From the human T2T-CHM13v2.0 reference genome, Homo sapiens: DNA of 64,000 nucleotides. The position numbers and the translations under genes are program-made. The stretch is taken from NCBI RefSeq assembly GCF_009914755.1, contig NC_060936.1; one strand, written 5' to 3'. Numbering within the stretch: position 1 is the first letter of the stretch; the number at the start of each line of letters is the position of its first letter. The notes below the pieces were generated by a model. It was not told where the DNA came from. It worked only from the letters and a program-made list of their open reading frames with translations, and did not search any database. Positions 1-12,789 of this stretch are shown here, in pieces.

Positions 1-1700
1 TCTAACCAAGGACATGAAAGACCTCTACAAGGAAAACTACAAAACACTGCTGAAAGAAATCATAGATGATGTAAACAAATGAGAACATATCCCATGCTCA
101 TGAATGGGTAGAATCAATATTGTAAAAATAATCATACTGCCAAATGCAATTCACAAATTCAATGCAATTCCCATCAAATTACCACCAGCATTCTTCACAG
201 AAGTAGAAAAAACAATCCTAAAATTCATGTAGAACCAAAAAAGGGCCCACACAGCCAAAGCAAGACTAAGCAAAAGGAACAAATCTGGAGCCATCATATT
301 ATCCAACTTCAAACTATACTATAAGGCTATAGTCACCAAAACATCATGGTACTGGCATAAAAATAGGCACATAGACCAATGGAACATAATAGACAACCAA
401 GAAATAAACCCAAATACATAGAGTCAAGTGATCTTTGAGAAAGCAAACGAAAACATAAAGTGGAGAGAGGACACCCTTTTCAACAAATGGTGCTAGGATA
501 ATTGGCAAGCCACATGTAGAATGAAACTGGATCCTCATCTCTCACCTTATACAAAAATTAACTCAAGATGAGTCAAAGACTTAAACCTAAGATTTGAAAC
601 CATAAAAATTCTAGAAGAAAACATTGGAAAAACCCTTCTAGACATTGGCTTAGGCAAAGCGTTCATGACCAAGAACCAAAATTAAATGCAACAAAAGAAA
701 GATAAATATATGGGACTTAATTAAACTAAAAAGCTTCTGTACAGCAAAAGTAATAATCTGCAGAGTTGACAGACAACCCACAGAGTGGGAGAAAATATTC
801 ACAAACTATGCATCCCTCAAAGGACTAATATCCAGAGTCTACAAGGAATTCAAACAAATCAGCAAGAAACAAACAATCCCATCAAAAAGTCGGCTAGGGG
901 CATGAATAGACAATTCACAAAACAAGATATACAAATGACCAATAAAAATATGAAAAAATGCTCAATATCACTAATTATCAGGCAAATGCAAATCAAAACC
1001 GAGTAGAATGAACATAATCCAAAAATCAAAAAATAATATATGTTGGCCTGAATGTGGTGAAAAGGGAACACTTTTACACTGCTAGTGGAAATGTAAACTA
1101 GTATAACCACTATAGAAAACAGTGTGGATACTCCTTAAAGAATTAAAATTAGATCTACCATTTGATCTAGCAATCTTACTCCTGGTATCTATCCAGATGA
1201 AAAGAAGTCATTATACAAAAAAGATACGTGCACATGCATGTTTATAGCAGCACAATTTTTAGCTGCAAAAATATGGAAACAGCCCAAATGCCCATCAATC
1301 AATAAGTGAATAAAGAAAATATATATACCATGGAATACTACTCAGCTATAAAAATGAATGAAATGATTACATTCACAGCAACCTGGATGGAATTGGAGAC
1401 TATTATTTAAAGTGAAGTAACTCAGGAATGGAAAACCAAATATTGTATGTTCTCACTTATAAGTGGAAGCTAAGTTATGAGGACACAAGGGCATAAGAAT
1501 GATAAAATGGACTTCAGGGATTCGGGGGAAAGAGTGGGAGGATGGTGAGGGATAAATGATTATATATTGGGTACAGTGTACACTCCTCTGGTGATGGATG
1601 CACCGAAATCACCACTAAAGATCTTATCCATGTAACCAAACACCTCCTGTTCTGCATAAACCTATTGAAATAAAAAATAAAAATTAAAAAAATAAATTAA
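1..1700 (+). mobile_element. LINE-1 3' portion (ORF2 3' half + 3'UTR + A-rich tail), L1PB-like; continues upstream of the window
   Basis: Typical L1 ORF2 sequence (acctctacaaggaaaactacaaaacactgctgaaagaaatcatagatga), L1PB-type 3'UTR (gggtacagtgtacact...ggtgatggatgcacc...catgtaaccaaacacc) and an A-rich end at ~1670-1700; frame disrupted. Confidence 0.92.
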
Positions 1701-2741
1701 AATTGGTCTTTGAAAATAAAGACATTGTCAAGAGAATCAAATGACAACCACAGACTGGGTGAAAATGTTGTAAAAGATATATCTGAAAAAGGATTGTTAT
1801 CAAAAATATACAAAGGACTCTTAAAACTCAACAATAAGAACACAACTCAAGTTTAAAAAGGAGCCAAACCATTTAGCAAACACATCACGAGAAAATATAT
1901 GTAGGTGGCAAATAAGCCTGTGAAAAGATGCTCCAAATCATGTGTCATCAGATAAATGCAAACTGAAATGAGATATCACTATACACCTCTTAGAATGACC
2001 AAAATTCAGAATATCAAATTCTGGCAAGGATGTGGAGCAACAAGAACTCTCATTCATTGCTAGTGGGGAATGTAAAATTGTACAGCCCCTCTGTAAGACA
2101 ATACGGTAGTTTCATACAAAATTAAAGATACTCTAAACATATAATCCAGCAATAGTGCTCTTTGGTACTTACCCAAAGGGGTTGAAAACTTATATTGACC
2201 CAAAAACATGCACATGGATATTTATAGCAGCTAAATTGCCAAGACTTGGCAGCAAAGAAGATATCCTTCAACAGATGAATAGATAAACTGTGGTACATAC
2301 AGACAATGGAATATTATTCAAGCTAAAAAAAATGAGCTATCAAGCCATGAAAAGACATGGAGAAAACTTAAATGTGTGTAACTAAGTGAAAGAAGCCCAA
2401 TCTGAAAAGGTTACATACTGTATAATTCCAACTATATGCTTTTCTGGAAAAGGAGAAACTATGAAGATCAGTGATTATCAGGGAGTAGGGGAAAGGGAGG
2501 GATGAATAAGCAGAACACAGGATTTTTAGGGCAGTGAAAATAGTCTATACGACACTATAATAGTGGATACATGTCATTGTACATTTGCCTAAATCCATAG
2601 AATGTACAAAACCAAAGTTAATCCTAATGTAAGCTATTAAATTGGGGTGACGATGTGTGAATGTAGAGGTAAGCCGAAAGTCTCAGTACCTTCCTTTTAA
2701 TTTTGTTGTGAGCCTAAAACTACTCTTAGAAAAATGAAGTC
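1701..2741 (+). mobile_element. Older LINE-1 3' end, L1MC-like
   Basis: Degenerate ORF2 end followed by an L1MC-type 3'UTR (gatttttagggcagtgaaaa...gtggatacatgtcatt...aaatccatagaatgtaca...ttttgttgtgagcctaaaactactct). Confidence 0.85.
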
Positions 2742-3301
2742 TCCCTTTGGCAGGAACTTCCATATTTCAGTAATATGCCAAAACGACAAACACCAATGGA
2801 AAGAGGAGAGACACCTGATGTATGTTTCCTAGCCCTTTTAGAAAACATGGAGTTGTTCCTTTGACCACACACATGCGAATCTATAAGAAAGGTGATATTG
2901 TAGACATAAGGGAATGGGTACTGTAAAAAGAAATGCCCCACTAATGCTACCATGGCAAAACTGGAAGAGTCTACAATGTTACCTAGCATGCTGTTGGCAT
3001 TATTGTAAACAGACAATTTAAGGGCACGATTCTTGCCAAAAGAATTAATGTGTGTATTGAGCATATTAAGCAGTTTAAGAGCTGAAATAGCTTCCTGAAA
3101 CATGTGAAGGAAAATGACCAGAAAAAGAAGGAAACCAAAGAGAAATAAAGGTACCTAGGTTCACCTGAAGCACCATCCTGCTCCATCTGGAGAAACACAC
3201 TTTGTGAGAACCAACGGAAAGGAGCCTGGGCTGCTGAAACCCCTTCCCTATGAATTCATGCATAATAGATGTTAAAAAAAAAGACCTCTGGACCGCATAA
3301 A
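2741..3301 (+). pseudogene. RPL21: Processed pseudogene of 60S ribosomal protein L21 (eL21)
   Basis: Intronless copy including the pyrimidine-rich 5'UTR. Translates to RPL21 peptides ([67 protein letters not shown]). Start ATG>ACG at 2783; premature stops (TGA 2816, TAG 2984); frameshifts; ancestral stop at ~3263. Confidence 0.96.
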
Positions 3302-4079
3302 AGTCAACGAACATAAAGTGATTAAGAGCCATGATGCAAATAGTCACAGCCACAGACTATACTAGGATAAAGAAAGAAGGAGGGGTCAGGTCTCCTCAGT
3401 GACAGACAGGCATGAGAATGGGGATTAGGAAATAATTCATAAAGATGATGCTTAATCTGAATTTTGTGAGATGCCTGAAAGCTAGCCAAGTCATATCAGC
3501 AAAAGTGGCCTCATTTAGTTTTCTGATCTAAACTAGATGATGTCTAAGCTCCCTTCTGGTTCTAAATTTCTAAATTTCTATGTTCAATTTTAATAAACAT
3601 AAAGATATTTATATATTTCTGTTTTGTTTACATGTGGATATGTTTAACCGTGGTATGTATACTATCTAAACCCTATATTGAAATTTCTCTAATATAATTT
3701 TTCTAAAGAATAAGTAATATCTCTTAAATATTCTTTAACTTCTCAGTGTTAATCTTGTCCATAATTAGAAGCATTTGGTCCTGGAGTGTGTTGTAAGTGT
3801 AGCTTTATGCAGGGGAAAAAACGTAAGACATAGTGTGAAATGTAGTTAGTAAGTGGATACTGAGCAAGCGGCATTCCAGGAATTAATTTTCTTGAAAAGA
3901 TCCCTGGTGTTAGTTTGTTCTTTTGGTAATTTGCCTTTGTCTCCTGAAAGTGAACATGCAGAGTAACATGCCCTCCTGGGCCAGGTAAAATGGCCAACAT
4001 CCAGCAAAACCAATTAATGAATCAAAGACTAAGGCAGCCTTCTGGGGGGAAGCAGCAGAGCAACTAGTGGTTACAACAG

Positions 4080-4275
4080 GAAATCAGACAGATGCCAACT
4101 GTGTGGCTTTGAGCAAGGTACTTACATGTAAGCTTCAGTTTCCTCATCTGCAAATCAAGAATAATAATCCTGTTTTGCAGTATTATCGGGAGGATTAAAC
4201 AAGATAAGGTAGGGAAAGCTCTTAACACTGTTTCTGGCATGTTGACAGTACTCAGTGATAACTGGCTATTATTAT
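4080..4275 (+). mobile_element. MIR SINE fragment
   Basis: MIR core: ctgtgtggctttgagcaagg...cttcagtttcctcatctgcaaa...gaggattaaa. Confidence 0.8.
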
Positions 4276-4447
4276 TATCATTATTATAAATTCAGGGAGA
4301 GTCCAATTATCCTATTATCCTTGTGAAAGCAATCTTCAGGATAATAGGTACAACAGATGTCAATGGTTTTAAGTAAAGTTAACTTATGGATCTAGTCCTC
4401 AGCAACTTACCTTTTCTTACCTAAGAGTCAATAGAACACATAAATAG

Positions 4448-4692
4448 GGGCATAGTAATTGAGAACATAGATTCTAGAGTCAGACTACTTGCACTCAAAT
4501 TTTAGCTCTACCACTTATTTGCTGGGTAACCTTTGCCAAGGTTACTTAACCTCTCGGTGCCTTAATTTTCTCACTTGTAAAATGAGAAAAATCAGAGAAA
4601 AATATCTCATAACCTTGTTGTAAGAATTTAATTAATACATATAAAGCACCTGCTACAGTATCTGGGTTCAGTAAGTACTCTGTAAATATTTG
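4448..4692 (+). mobile_element. MIR SINE (near full length)
   Basis: ctagagtcagact...ctctaccactta...gttacttaacctctcggtgcctt...ttgtaaaatgag...taagtactctgtaaatatt. Confidence 0.85.
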
Positions 4693-4869
4693 CTTTTGAT
4701 AGAAATAACTTTTCTTTTAACCCCTGTGGAGAGGTAGGAGGTAGTGTCATCAATGACTCAGTGACAGTGAGAGAAAGGGTGAGGTTGATGGTAACTTCTT
4801 ACCTTGGTAGTAGCAGCAGTCTCACAAATGCCTCCTGAGGAAAAGGGATAACTGGGAGCTCATTCTTTA

Positions 4870-5030
4870 GGGTCAAATAGACCCAAACAGGAAATCTTTC
4901 CTATTGTGAATGACCTTGCGCAAGTTATTTCACTAAAAAGTCTCAGGTGACTCAGTGTTAAAAAGGGAATAGCAGTATCTACTTAACAAAAGTGTTCTAA
5001 GGATGAAATGAGATCCTGAATGTAAAGTGG
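4870..5030 (+). mobile_element. MIR SINE fragment
   Basis: tgaccttgcgcaagttatttcact...aggatgaaatgagat...tgtaaagtg. Confidence 0.65.
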
Positions 5031-5529
5031 TTCCCTCTTTACTTTTGGAGATTGTTGCAAGGGCTCACCCTAAGGATTAACTGGATTCAAAGCTCATTCC
5101 TTGACTACTGTCTTGTACTATCTCTCGAGCCTAAGGGGCAAGGAAGCTGCCAAGAAAAACTTTCAAACCATTCTGCTACCATCCCCACCCCCCAACTCTT
5201 GAGCTTATTACTTCATTATATCCATCTGGCTTCTCACCTGGGACTCAGTGAGAGTTCTAGTGACTCCCTGTGAACATCTACTACTGACAAACGCTTGCCA
5301 CCAGTCATGATGCTGCCTTTCAGATTCCATACCACACCTCCCTCTCACCCTAGCTCTCATTCTCATTCCCTCTCCCTCTCATGCATGACTTTACTCATCA
5401 CTCATTTACTATTTATTAGATGCCCATGGTAGGCTAGACAAAGGAAAGACAAATGTCCTGCCCTCAGGGAAAAGACAAACACTGAACAAATTATGACATA
5501 GCTTGAAAACTGTATAGGAGACTGATCCA

Positions 5530-5670
5530 GGAAACAGGCTATGAAGTTATGTCGACCTGGGTTTGAGCTCCGGCTCTCTCACTTATTAGCTGTGCTCTTG
5601 AACAAATTATGTAATTCCTATAAACTTCTATTTCTTCTTTTGGGAAATGTGAATACCAATGTTTACTTTT
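5530..5670 (+). mobile_element. MIR SINE fragment
   Basis: gacctgggtttgagctccggctctctcacttattagctgtgctcttgaacaaatta. Confidence 0.7.
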
Positions 5671-6236
5671 AACTTGAAAATACCTGCCCTCCATCACCAT
5701 CTAGCCCCCATCTGCTTCTGGGAATGTGCTCTAGAACAAGAAAGAAAAACAAATTACTTTACCAGTTATCCTTGCTTATAGAGACTAGTGGGAAAGGATA
5801 CCTTGCTTAAAATGTGCCCTGTTGAAAAGGCAAAGTAAAAACAAGTTACGTTTTCAAAGCTTTGGTCAATCTTTCTGTAAATAAAAGGTCACCACCAAAT
5901 CTCTGTTTTTGAAAACATAAGGCAATAAGCCCTGCTGGAAAACAAACCACATTTATCATCATAATGTAAAGCTGTGTGTTCACTGTGGGCAGGTATTTTT
6001 GCATATTATGTTGCATTTAAAGGAACGTTTTTCTTCTTAAATTATGCTTAAAAGATAGTCTGAGAAGTACATTTTTCCTTTGGAGGTAGTGATGTGTGTG
6101 TGTGAGAGACAGAGAATCCAAAGAGAGTTTAATCCAATAATTGCACCTCTGAAAGCTAAGTAGAATGAGGAGAAACACCCACACTATGCACTGGTAGAAA
6201 CCCCTCAGAAAGAATCAGAACTTAGAGTGGCAAAGC

Positions 6237-6372
6237 TAAAGTGACCCTATAATTTATCTTCCAAATCAAAACCCATTTGAGAGTAAAAGGGCATGCTATT
6301 AATAATTATTCTGAAAAAATAGGTGTTAACTGGAGCTGCCTTAGTGCAAATTGGAACATATTTTACAACCAC
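6237..6372 (+). mobile_element. hAT-Blackjack MITE, MER94-like
   Basis: gtgaccctataatttatcttccaaa...tttgagagtaaaagggcatgctattaataatta resembles the MER94 consensus; ~135 bp. Confidence 0.7.
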
Positions 6373-7230
6373 CACAGCCTATGCTCACCCTGAAGTGTTC
6401 TGCTAAAGCCTACCTTTGCTAACTATGATCTTATTCTAAGCCAAATACCCAGGTTTTTGAACATGTGCTGCTATAAATTATGTTCTATGAACTCTCCTAG
6501 TGGGGATAAATCATAGAAAAGACTAAAATCAATTGGTAGGGAGGAGATTTTCCCATGTGAGAATAAAGATTTTCTACTATGAACATTCAGTGACATTCTC
6601 TTTCTCTGAAAAGCTGCGATAGTATATGCTGGGCAGGGCTTGAGACTTGCCCAGGTATGCTGCAGGTGGCCACTAGCCCTCACTCTCAGGAAGCAAAATT
6701 GCTGAATCTATGGTGTCTTCTTACTGGATCTGTTCTTTTCCCTTTTTATGACTATAAATATTAATCCCCAATATAATATCTCTATTAATGAAGAGACTGC
6801 AGCCAGATGCTACAGTGATTTTAGGCAAAACTTTCTAACCAGAAGTGTAAGTCATATTGGGCTTAGAGATGTGTTTGAGGACATCAGATAACAAGAGTTA
6901 TAATATTAAATATGAAAATCATTAGATGCAAATGAAAACAATGTCAAATATCCCAGAAGATAATATATGTGATTCCAAGTCACAGGACATATGGAAGAGA
7001 GGGCAGGAAGCAGATTAAAATCAGGAGTAAGAGCACACAGGTAGTGAAGCAGGATAAATGCCAACAGGTGTACATGTGCTATGACAGGACACATATCACA
7101 TGCGGAAGAAACTAATAGTGCAAGGACACCAAGTCAACTTCAATCAAATCAGTAAGAACCAGAAACCTTAAGGTTCTTTAGCAGAGTAGACAGCATGGAG
7201 GTATAAAAAGAAAGCAGTGTGGAAGGCAGG

Positions 7231-7757
7231 TGACCAAGAAGACCTTAACATGCCCCTCTGCCTGGCTTAACTTTGTACAGAATTTTTCTGACTCTAGGCC
7301 ACTGACATCTCCTTTCTTACAGCATTTACTTTAGAAAACTTGTAAATTCTTTATTTGCCCCTTTGTATTAATATAAATCTTCTCCCAGTCTCTTGCCAGT
7401 TTTACAAGCCATGAATATCTTTCTCAAGGGCCCTGGAGCCATATATCCCTTTGACATTTAATCAAGAAAGACAGGGCCCTGTTGCTGTCTCTGTGGGAGG
7501 GTAGGAGCCTAACTTTGATAAACAATGATTAGCAAATACAGATGGCCCAGTCACATTCACCAATCTCCCTGCTAAAGTCCTTCAGTACTTTCTCACTCGC
7601 TCCTTCCAGTGTTTAAAAATTCTCCTGTTCTTTATGTCACCAGAGTTGGGTTCAATTTCTCTCCTCTATGGCAATAGTCTTCACTTATATTGCAACGGTC
7701 TTAAATAAAGTCTTCCTTGCCATTTTTAACAAGTATCCAGTGCAATTTTTCTTTATA
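7231..7757 (+). mobile_element. ERV1 solo LTR, MER67-like
   Basis: Starts TGACCAAG; contains agcatttactttagaaaacttg and tctctgtgggagggtaggagcctaactt; AATAAA near the 3' end. Confidence 0.75.
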
Positions 7758-8376
7758 GGGACTGGTTGTAGATCAACTGCTTGGACAGCTCAAAACATCA
7801 TAAAATCTAAATCAAATTTGCTCGAGTCAGACAACTGTAATTTCAGAAGCTCCTGAGAGCTTCCTCCCATCTAACTATCTAAAAATAATCCCTCACCAGC
7901 TCACAAGGGAAATTAAGTTTTTCTAAAAAGGAAAAAGCCTCTCCTACAATCAGAGATAAAAGGCTGGTTGAGGTAAAGCTTCAGTGTGAAGGCATCTCAG
8001 TGACAGCATAATCAGTCAATCAGCAGGTATAAATGGGTCATTGTAAGATCCCTTCCTATTTGGACTGGGGAGCAGGAAGCCTGAGAAGGATAGAAGAGCC
8101 AGGAGAGGGAATGTGGAGGAGAATAAAAGGCAGGAGAATGAGGGTATAGACAAATTTCACAGGATTTACCACTTTGCCTAGGTTCTGCCTCATCTACCTC
8201 CAACTGGGCTAAGATTAAAAGAAGTGGAATCTGAGGTATGTTTGACATGCAGCTGCAAACACAGGCAGCACACTTGGCTTGATTAGTGAAGATGTTTGTT
8301 TTATTAAACATATTTTACTTCTTGTAAAGCAGCTTAGACTTTAGCATATCACCGTACTTGAAATCTGACATTGCTT

Positions 8377-8429
8377 TTCCATTTTCCTTTTTATAATATG
8401 CATTCCATTTTCCTTTCTATAATGTGCAT
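8377..8429. repeat. 26-bp tandem duplication
   Basis: ttccattttcctttttataatatgca / ttccattttcctttctataatgtgca. Confidence 0.85.
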
Positions 8430-8964
8430 CAAATTAGTGTGTGCATGTGTGTTTGTGTGTGTATGTGTGTGTACCATGGCCTCAGGCAAAGCAAAAGACT
8501 AACAATCCCTCATGAAAAACAAAGCCCACAGTGATAAGAATGTTAGAAATACACGATAAAAATATGTCTTAAAGTTTTTAATGAATCTTACAGAAAAAAT
8601 ATTATAATGCAATTATAAACTGGTACCAAAAAATCAAGAGATTTTACTAAATAACACATAACCAACAAAATAACTAAGCCAAAATAACAGCAATTACAAT
8701 TAAGAATCAAAAAGCAGTAATTTTTACTTTTGTTTAGGGATGGTTGCCGGGGGAAAAAGTAAAAATTGAAATGTATGAGATTTCATGTCATTCACCAATG
8801 AATAAAATTCACAAAACTCTTTTACATGTTTCAATTTTTTTTCCTGTGACTTCTGATCTCAGAGTCTCCCTTAGAAAACAGTGGGATTTGAGACTAGGAG
8901 GAACGGTGGAATACATGCCTACTAAAGATGTATATATTTCCATGAAACTATTTGATCCCGAAGG

Positions 8965-9546
8965 TATAAAATATAAACGAAATTCTAATGTCCCTCAACC
9001 ATCTAAATGGGCCCCTCCTCACAGCTGAGCATTCCAAAGTTAACCTCAAAAATGAGTTCAGGCCATGATGAGAAGAGGGGAGCCAAACATGGTTCGTTAT
9101 ACCCGCCTCCCTTTGGAATTACTGATAAAGACTATGTTTGATAAGAAACATTTACAATCTATTCTCTCTGAAGCCTGCTACTTGGAGGCTTCCTACATGA
9201 TAAAATCTTGGTCCCCACAACCCCTTATTGTAACCAGGCATTCCTTTCTATTGATAATAATTCTTTCAACCAATTCCAATCAGAAAATCTTTGAATCTGC
9301 CCATGACTTCCAGTTGTGCCACCTTTCTGGACTGAACCAAAGTACATCTTACCTGTATCGATTGATGTCTTTTGTCTCCCCAAAATGTTTTTTACACATG
9401 TTATACAAAACCAAGCTGCACCCTGTCCACTTTGGACTTATGTTCTCAGGATCTTAAGGGCTATGTCATGAGCCATTGTTCACTCATAATTGTTTCAGAA
9501 TAAATCTCTTCAAATATTTTACAGAGTTTGACTCTTTTCATTGACA
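8965..9546 (+). mobile_element. ERV1 solo LTR, MER4D-like
   Basis: MER4-family 3' end (aataaatctcttcaaatattttacagagtttgactcttttcattgaca); 4-bp TSD AAGG at 8961-8964 and 9547-9550. Confidence 0.88.
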
Positions 9547-11687
9547 AAGGTTAAATTATAGGCCCCAAAAAATAAATTTGCAAGGACTTTTTCCATCCTT
9601 TTATTAGTTCACCAGGTTTCAAGTTCCTTTCTAATTCAGGCACTGTTTAGGAGAAGTTTTAACTAAAGTTGACATTATAGGTAATGCAGTATTTATAAGC
9701 TAGGTGAAGCAGATATAATTATTTTCTGTTTTGTTAAAATATTTAGTAAAGACTTTAAAACTGTTTCCCCTAGGAAAATTCCAAAAAGCACATTAATTTC
9801 CTGATAATAAAGAGCACAACTGACATTTATCATTTTTTTCCAGGAGGTTCCAAAATTTAATCTTAAAGCTTGAGGAAAACATTTATTCTTGGAAAATTTA
9901 TGCTAACATACTTTACATACTTAGTTTTCAACATACTTTTACATCAAAGGGTCAATAAGTTGTTTGAAAACTAGCTACATAAAACACTGCTTACAGATAA
10001 TTAACTACCTGATGGACAGCCCCAGGCAAGAAAGTTTAAAGTGCTTGGAGCCCACAAAAGATCAATCAGAAATAGAAAAAAACAAAGCTATAAAGGAATA
10101 TTGCAAGGAATATAAAAATTAGTATTCATTTTACACAGAATTGTTGAATAATGCTTCCTTGTTTTGGTTAAGAAAACTTCATACGAATAGACTTTGACTT
10201 CACATGTCTAATTATACAGGACAGAATCAACTTTATTTCTGGTAATAAAATTAAGAGCTTATGACAATTTCTCTTCTTTACCACTCGTGTACTTGGGCAG
10301 TTATCAAACTCTATTGTACGAATTGGCTTCCTCTACTAGGATAGGAATTTCTTGAATTTGGCACAGAGTACATGTTCAATAAGTGTTTATGGAATTGAAA
10401 TTAATGAACACTACAGATATGCCAGATAGGAAGCTAACAAAGTATTCTTTATTTCTTATCCCAGACACAATGTTACTTACTTTATTAATAGAAAAGCACT
10501 TCAGAAAAGGATAGTGAGCAAGAAAACCTGCCCTTTATACAGGTGAGGCAATGGGTAGTTAGTATTTAAAATTATTTTAAATTTAACTCATTGAAATTCT
10601 TACATCCTAAGAAAAAATCAACAACTCTACTGCAAACTATAGAAGTCAGTGTCCTATATTGATATTTCTTGAGAAAATTTAATTCTATTAAGAAGGATAA
10701 GCAGCATGCTCTTCAAATATTTATGTAGCCTAATCTTCCATTTCAAGGCTTTTACTAATAGCTTATTTAGTCAGAAGAGAGAAACACATTGATATTTTTA
10801 CTTAATAAACTCAGCACAATCAACATCAGATGATGTATAAGTGGAAGATTAAATAGAAATAGGAGGCATAAAAACAGCATGGCTACTTTATGAAAATAGC
10901 ATAACCTATATTTTGTCCCCAAGGTTTGGGGAGCTATGTTTTCTCCTGTGAGACTGAGGCCATCTCTGGAAAAGGGAGGGGAAATACTGGAAGAAGAAAG
11001 GATATAATCTAATTATTTTGGATAGTTAGAAATAAGACCCCTCTTTACAAAAAGATAGGGAGCTAAATAATGAGAGAGGGTTGAGTGAGAGACCCAGGAG
11101 ACTGCCTCCCACTTTAAATCATTTGAAGTTAGGGTGACAGAGTAGGGTCTGAGAAGTTGTTTTATTGTTAGAAGCATGGTTCAGTATCTGGGAGCATAGT
11201 ACTGCCAAACACATCAAGAGAGGTGATGTAAAAGATGACCCCTCAAGAAGGTGTGAGGCATAATCCATCTCTCGTCCTCAGAGTGGCTCAGATCAGAAGT
11301 GAGCACAGCCCTCTTCTGCTTCAAGTTTAAAGGGTTGGGTTTCTTCGTTCTCTTTTAATGGTACTGATCCACAGTTTGAGAAAGAAAGTTTGGGAAGAAA
11401 ATTTCTCACAGTCCAGTAAAAGGTAAGAAAATATTTTAGAGACAAATTTGGAGTGCTCAAGACTTTTTATTAAAAAACAACAAAGGTAGAAATTTGTCAT
11501 TAGTTCTAATTAAACTAAGTAGGAGTTTTGATGTATCTTGTGATATCTCCCTCCCATTTTTCAAAAAAAAAAAAGTTTATTTCAAATTTACGTTACATAA
11601 AAGGGAAGTTTTACATATTTAGTCTTTTTAAATTCTCTAATTTTTAATTATTTTCTTTTCTCTCTTTTCCTCTTCATTTTCTTTTCT

Positions 11688-12179
11688 TTTTTAATTGACA
11701 TATAATAATTGTATATATTTATGGAACACATAGTGATGTTTCCATACATACAATGTACTGTGGTCAGATCAGAGTTATTAGTGTATCCATCACCCTGGAC
11801 ATTTATCTCTTTTGTAGGTTGGGAATATTCAATATCCTCCTTCTAGCTATTTGAAACTATATAATATATTATTGTTAACTATAATCATCCTTCAATGCTG
11901 TAGAACATTAGAATTTATTCCTATCTATCTATAATTGTGTATCCTTTAACAAATCTCTCCCTATTCCCTCCTTCCCTCCTGCCCTTCCCAGACTCTAGTA
12001 TTCTCTGTTCTACATGTTACTTCTATAAGATCAACTTTTTTTAGCTTCCATATATGAGTGAGAACATTCAGTGTTTAACTTTCCGTTCCTGGCTGATTTC
12101 ATGTAACGTAATGTCCTCCAGTTCCATACATGTTGCTACAAATGACAGGAGTTTATTCCTTTATGGCTGAATAGTATTC

Positions 12180-12230
<51 letters not shown>

Positions 12231-12299
12231 TGTGTGTGTGTCACATTTTCTTTATTCATTCATCCATTGTTAGACACCTAAGTTGTTTCCATATCTTAA
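11688..12299 (-). mobile_element. LINE-1 3' end, L1MA6/7-like, antisense
   Basis: T-rich tail, then ttaattgacatataataattgtatatattta...cagatcagag...ttagcttccatatatgagtgagaacat. Confidence 0.88.
12182..12241. repeat. (TG)n microsatellite inside L1MA
   Basis: ~30 TG units with one interruption. Confidence 0.97.
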
Positions 12300-12630
12300 T
12301 CTGAGGGTCACTTTATTTTCTGACTCATAAGGAATCACAGTAATTGAACATGATATCACATTGTACTAGAGGGTAGTTTTTCCATGGAAGCAATGGCCAG
12401 ATTATTTCTACTTGTTGGCAATGAAATAATAACTATAAATATTGAAGGTGCACCTCTTATGACTTTATGAACTCTGCAGATACCTATCCTGCCTTGAACT
12501 TTCTGGAAGAATTTGGAGTATCTCTCTGCACTTCAGTATGTGAACAAACATATTACTTATTGACTCCTACATGTTGAATCTGAGACAGGCAAAAAAAAAT
12601 TAATGTCTTATATATATGACCATAAGCATG

Positions 12631-12712
12631 CTCTATGATGTTCACATGACAAAATCAGCTAATGACACATTTCTCAAAATGTATCCTCATTGTTAAGTGA
12701 TTCATGACTGTA
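12631..12712 (+). mobile_element. Tigger3/GOLEM terminal fragment (TcMar-Tigger)
   Basis: ctctatgatgttcac...gacacatttctcaaaatgtatcctcattgttaagtgattcatgactg followed by TA. Confidence 0.75.
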
Positions 12713-12789
12713 ATTACCAATCTAGGAAGAGTTTAAGCCCACATGAAAATCACAAACACAGTATGAAACTTAAAAAAAATTAGGGAGGG

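Noticed and set aside
2726-3103. 125-aa minus-strand ORF
   Set aside because: It is the antisense frame of the RPL21 pseudogene, with no independent coding evidence.
9065-9457. 130-aa ORF
   Set aside because: It lies entirely within the MER4D-like LTR and is a chance ORF.
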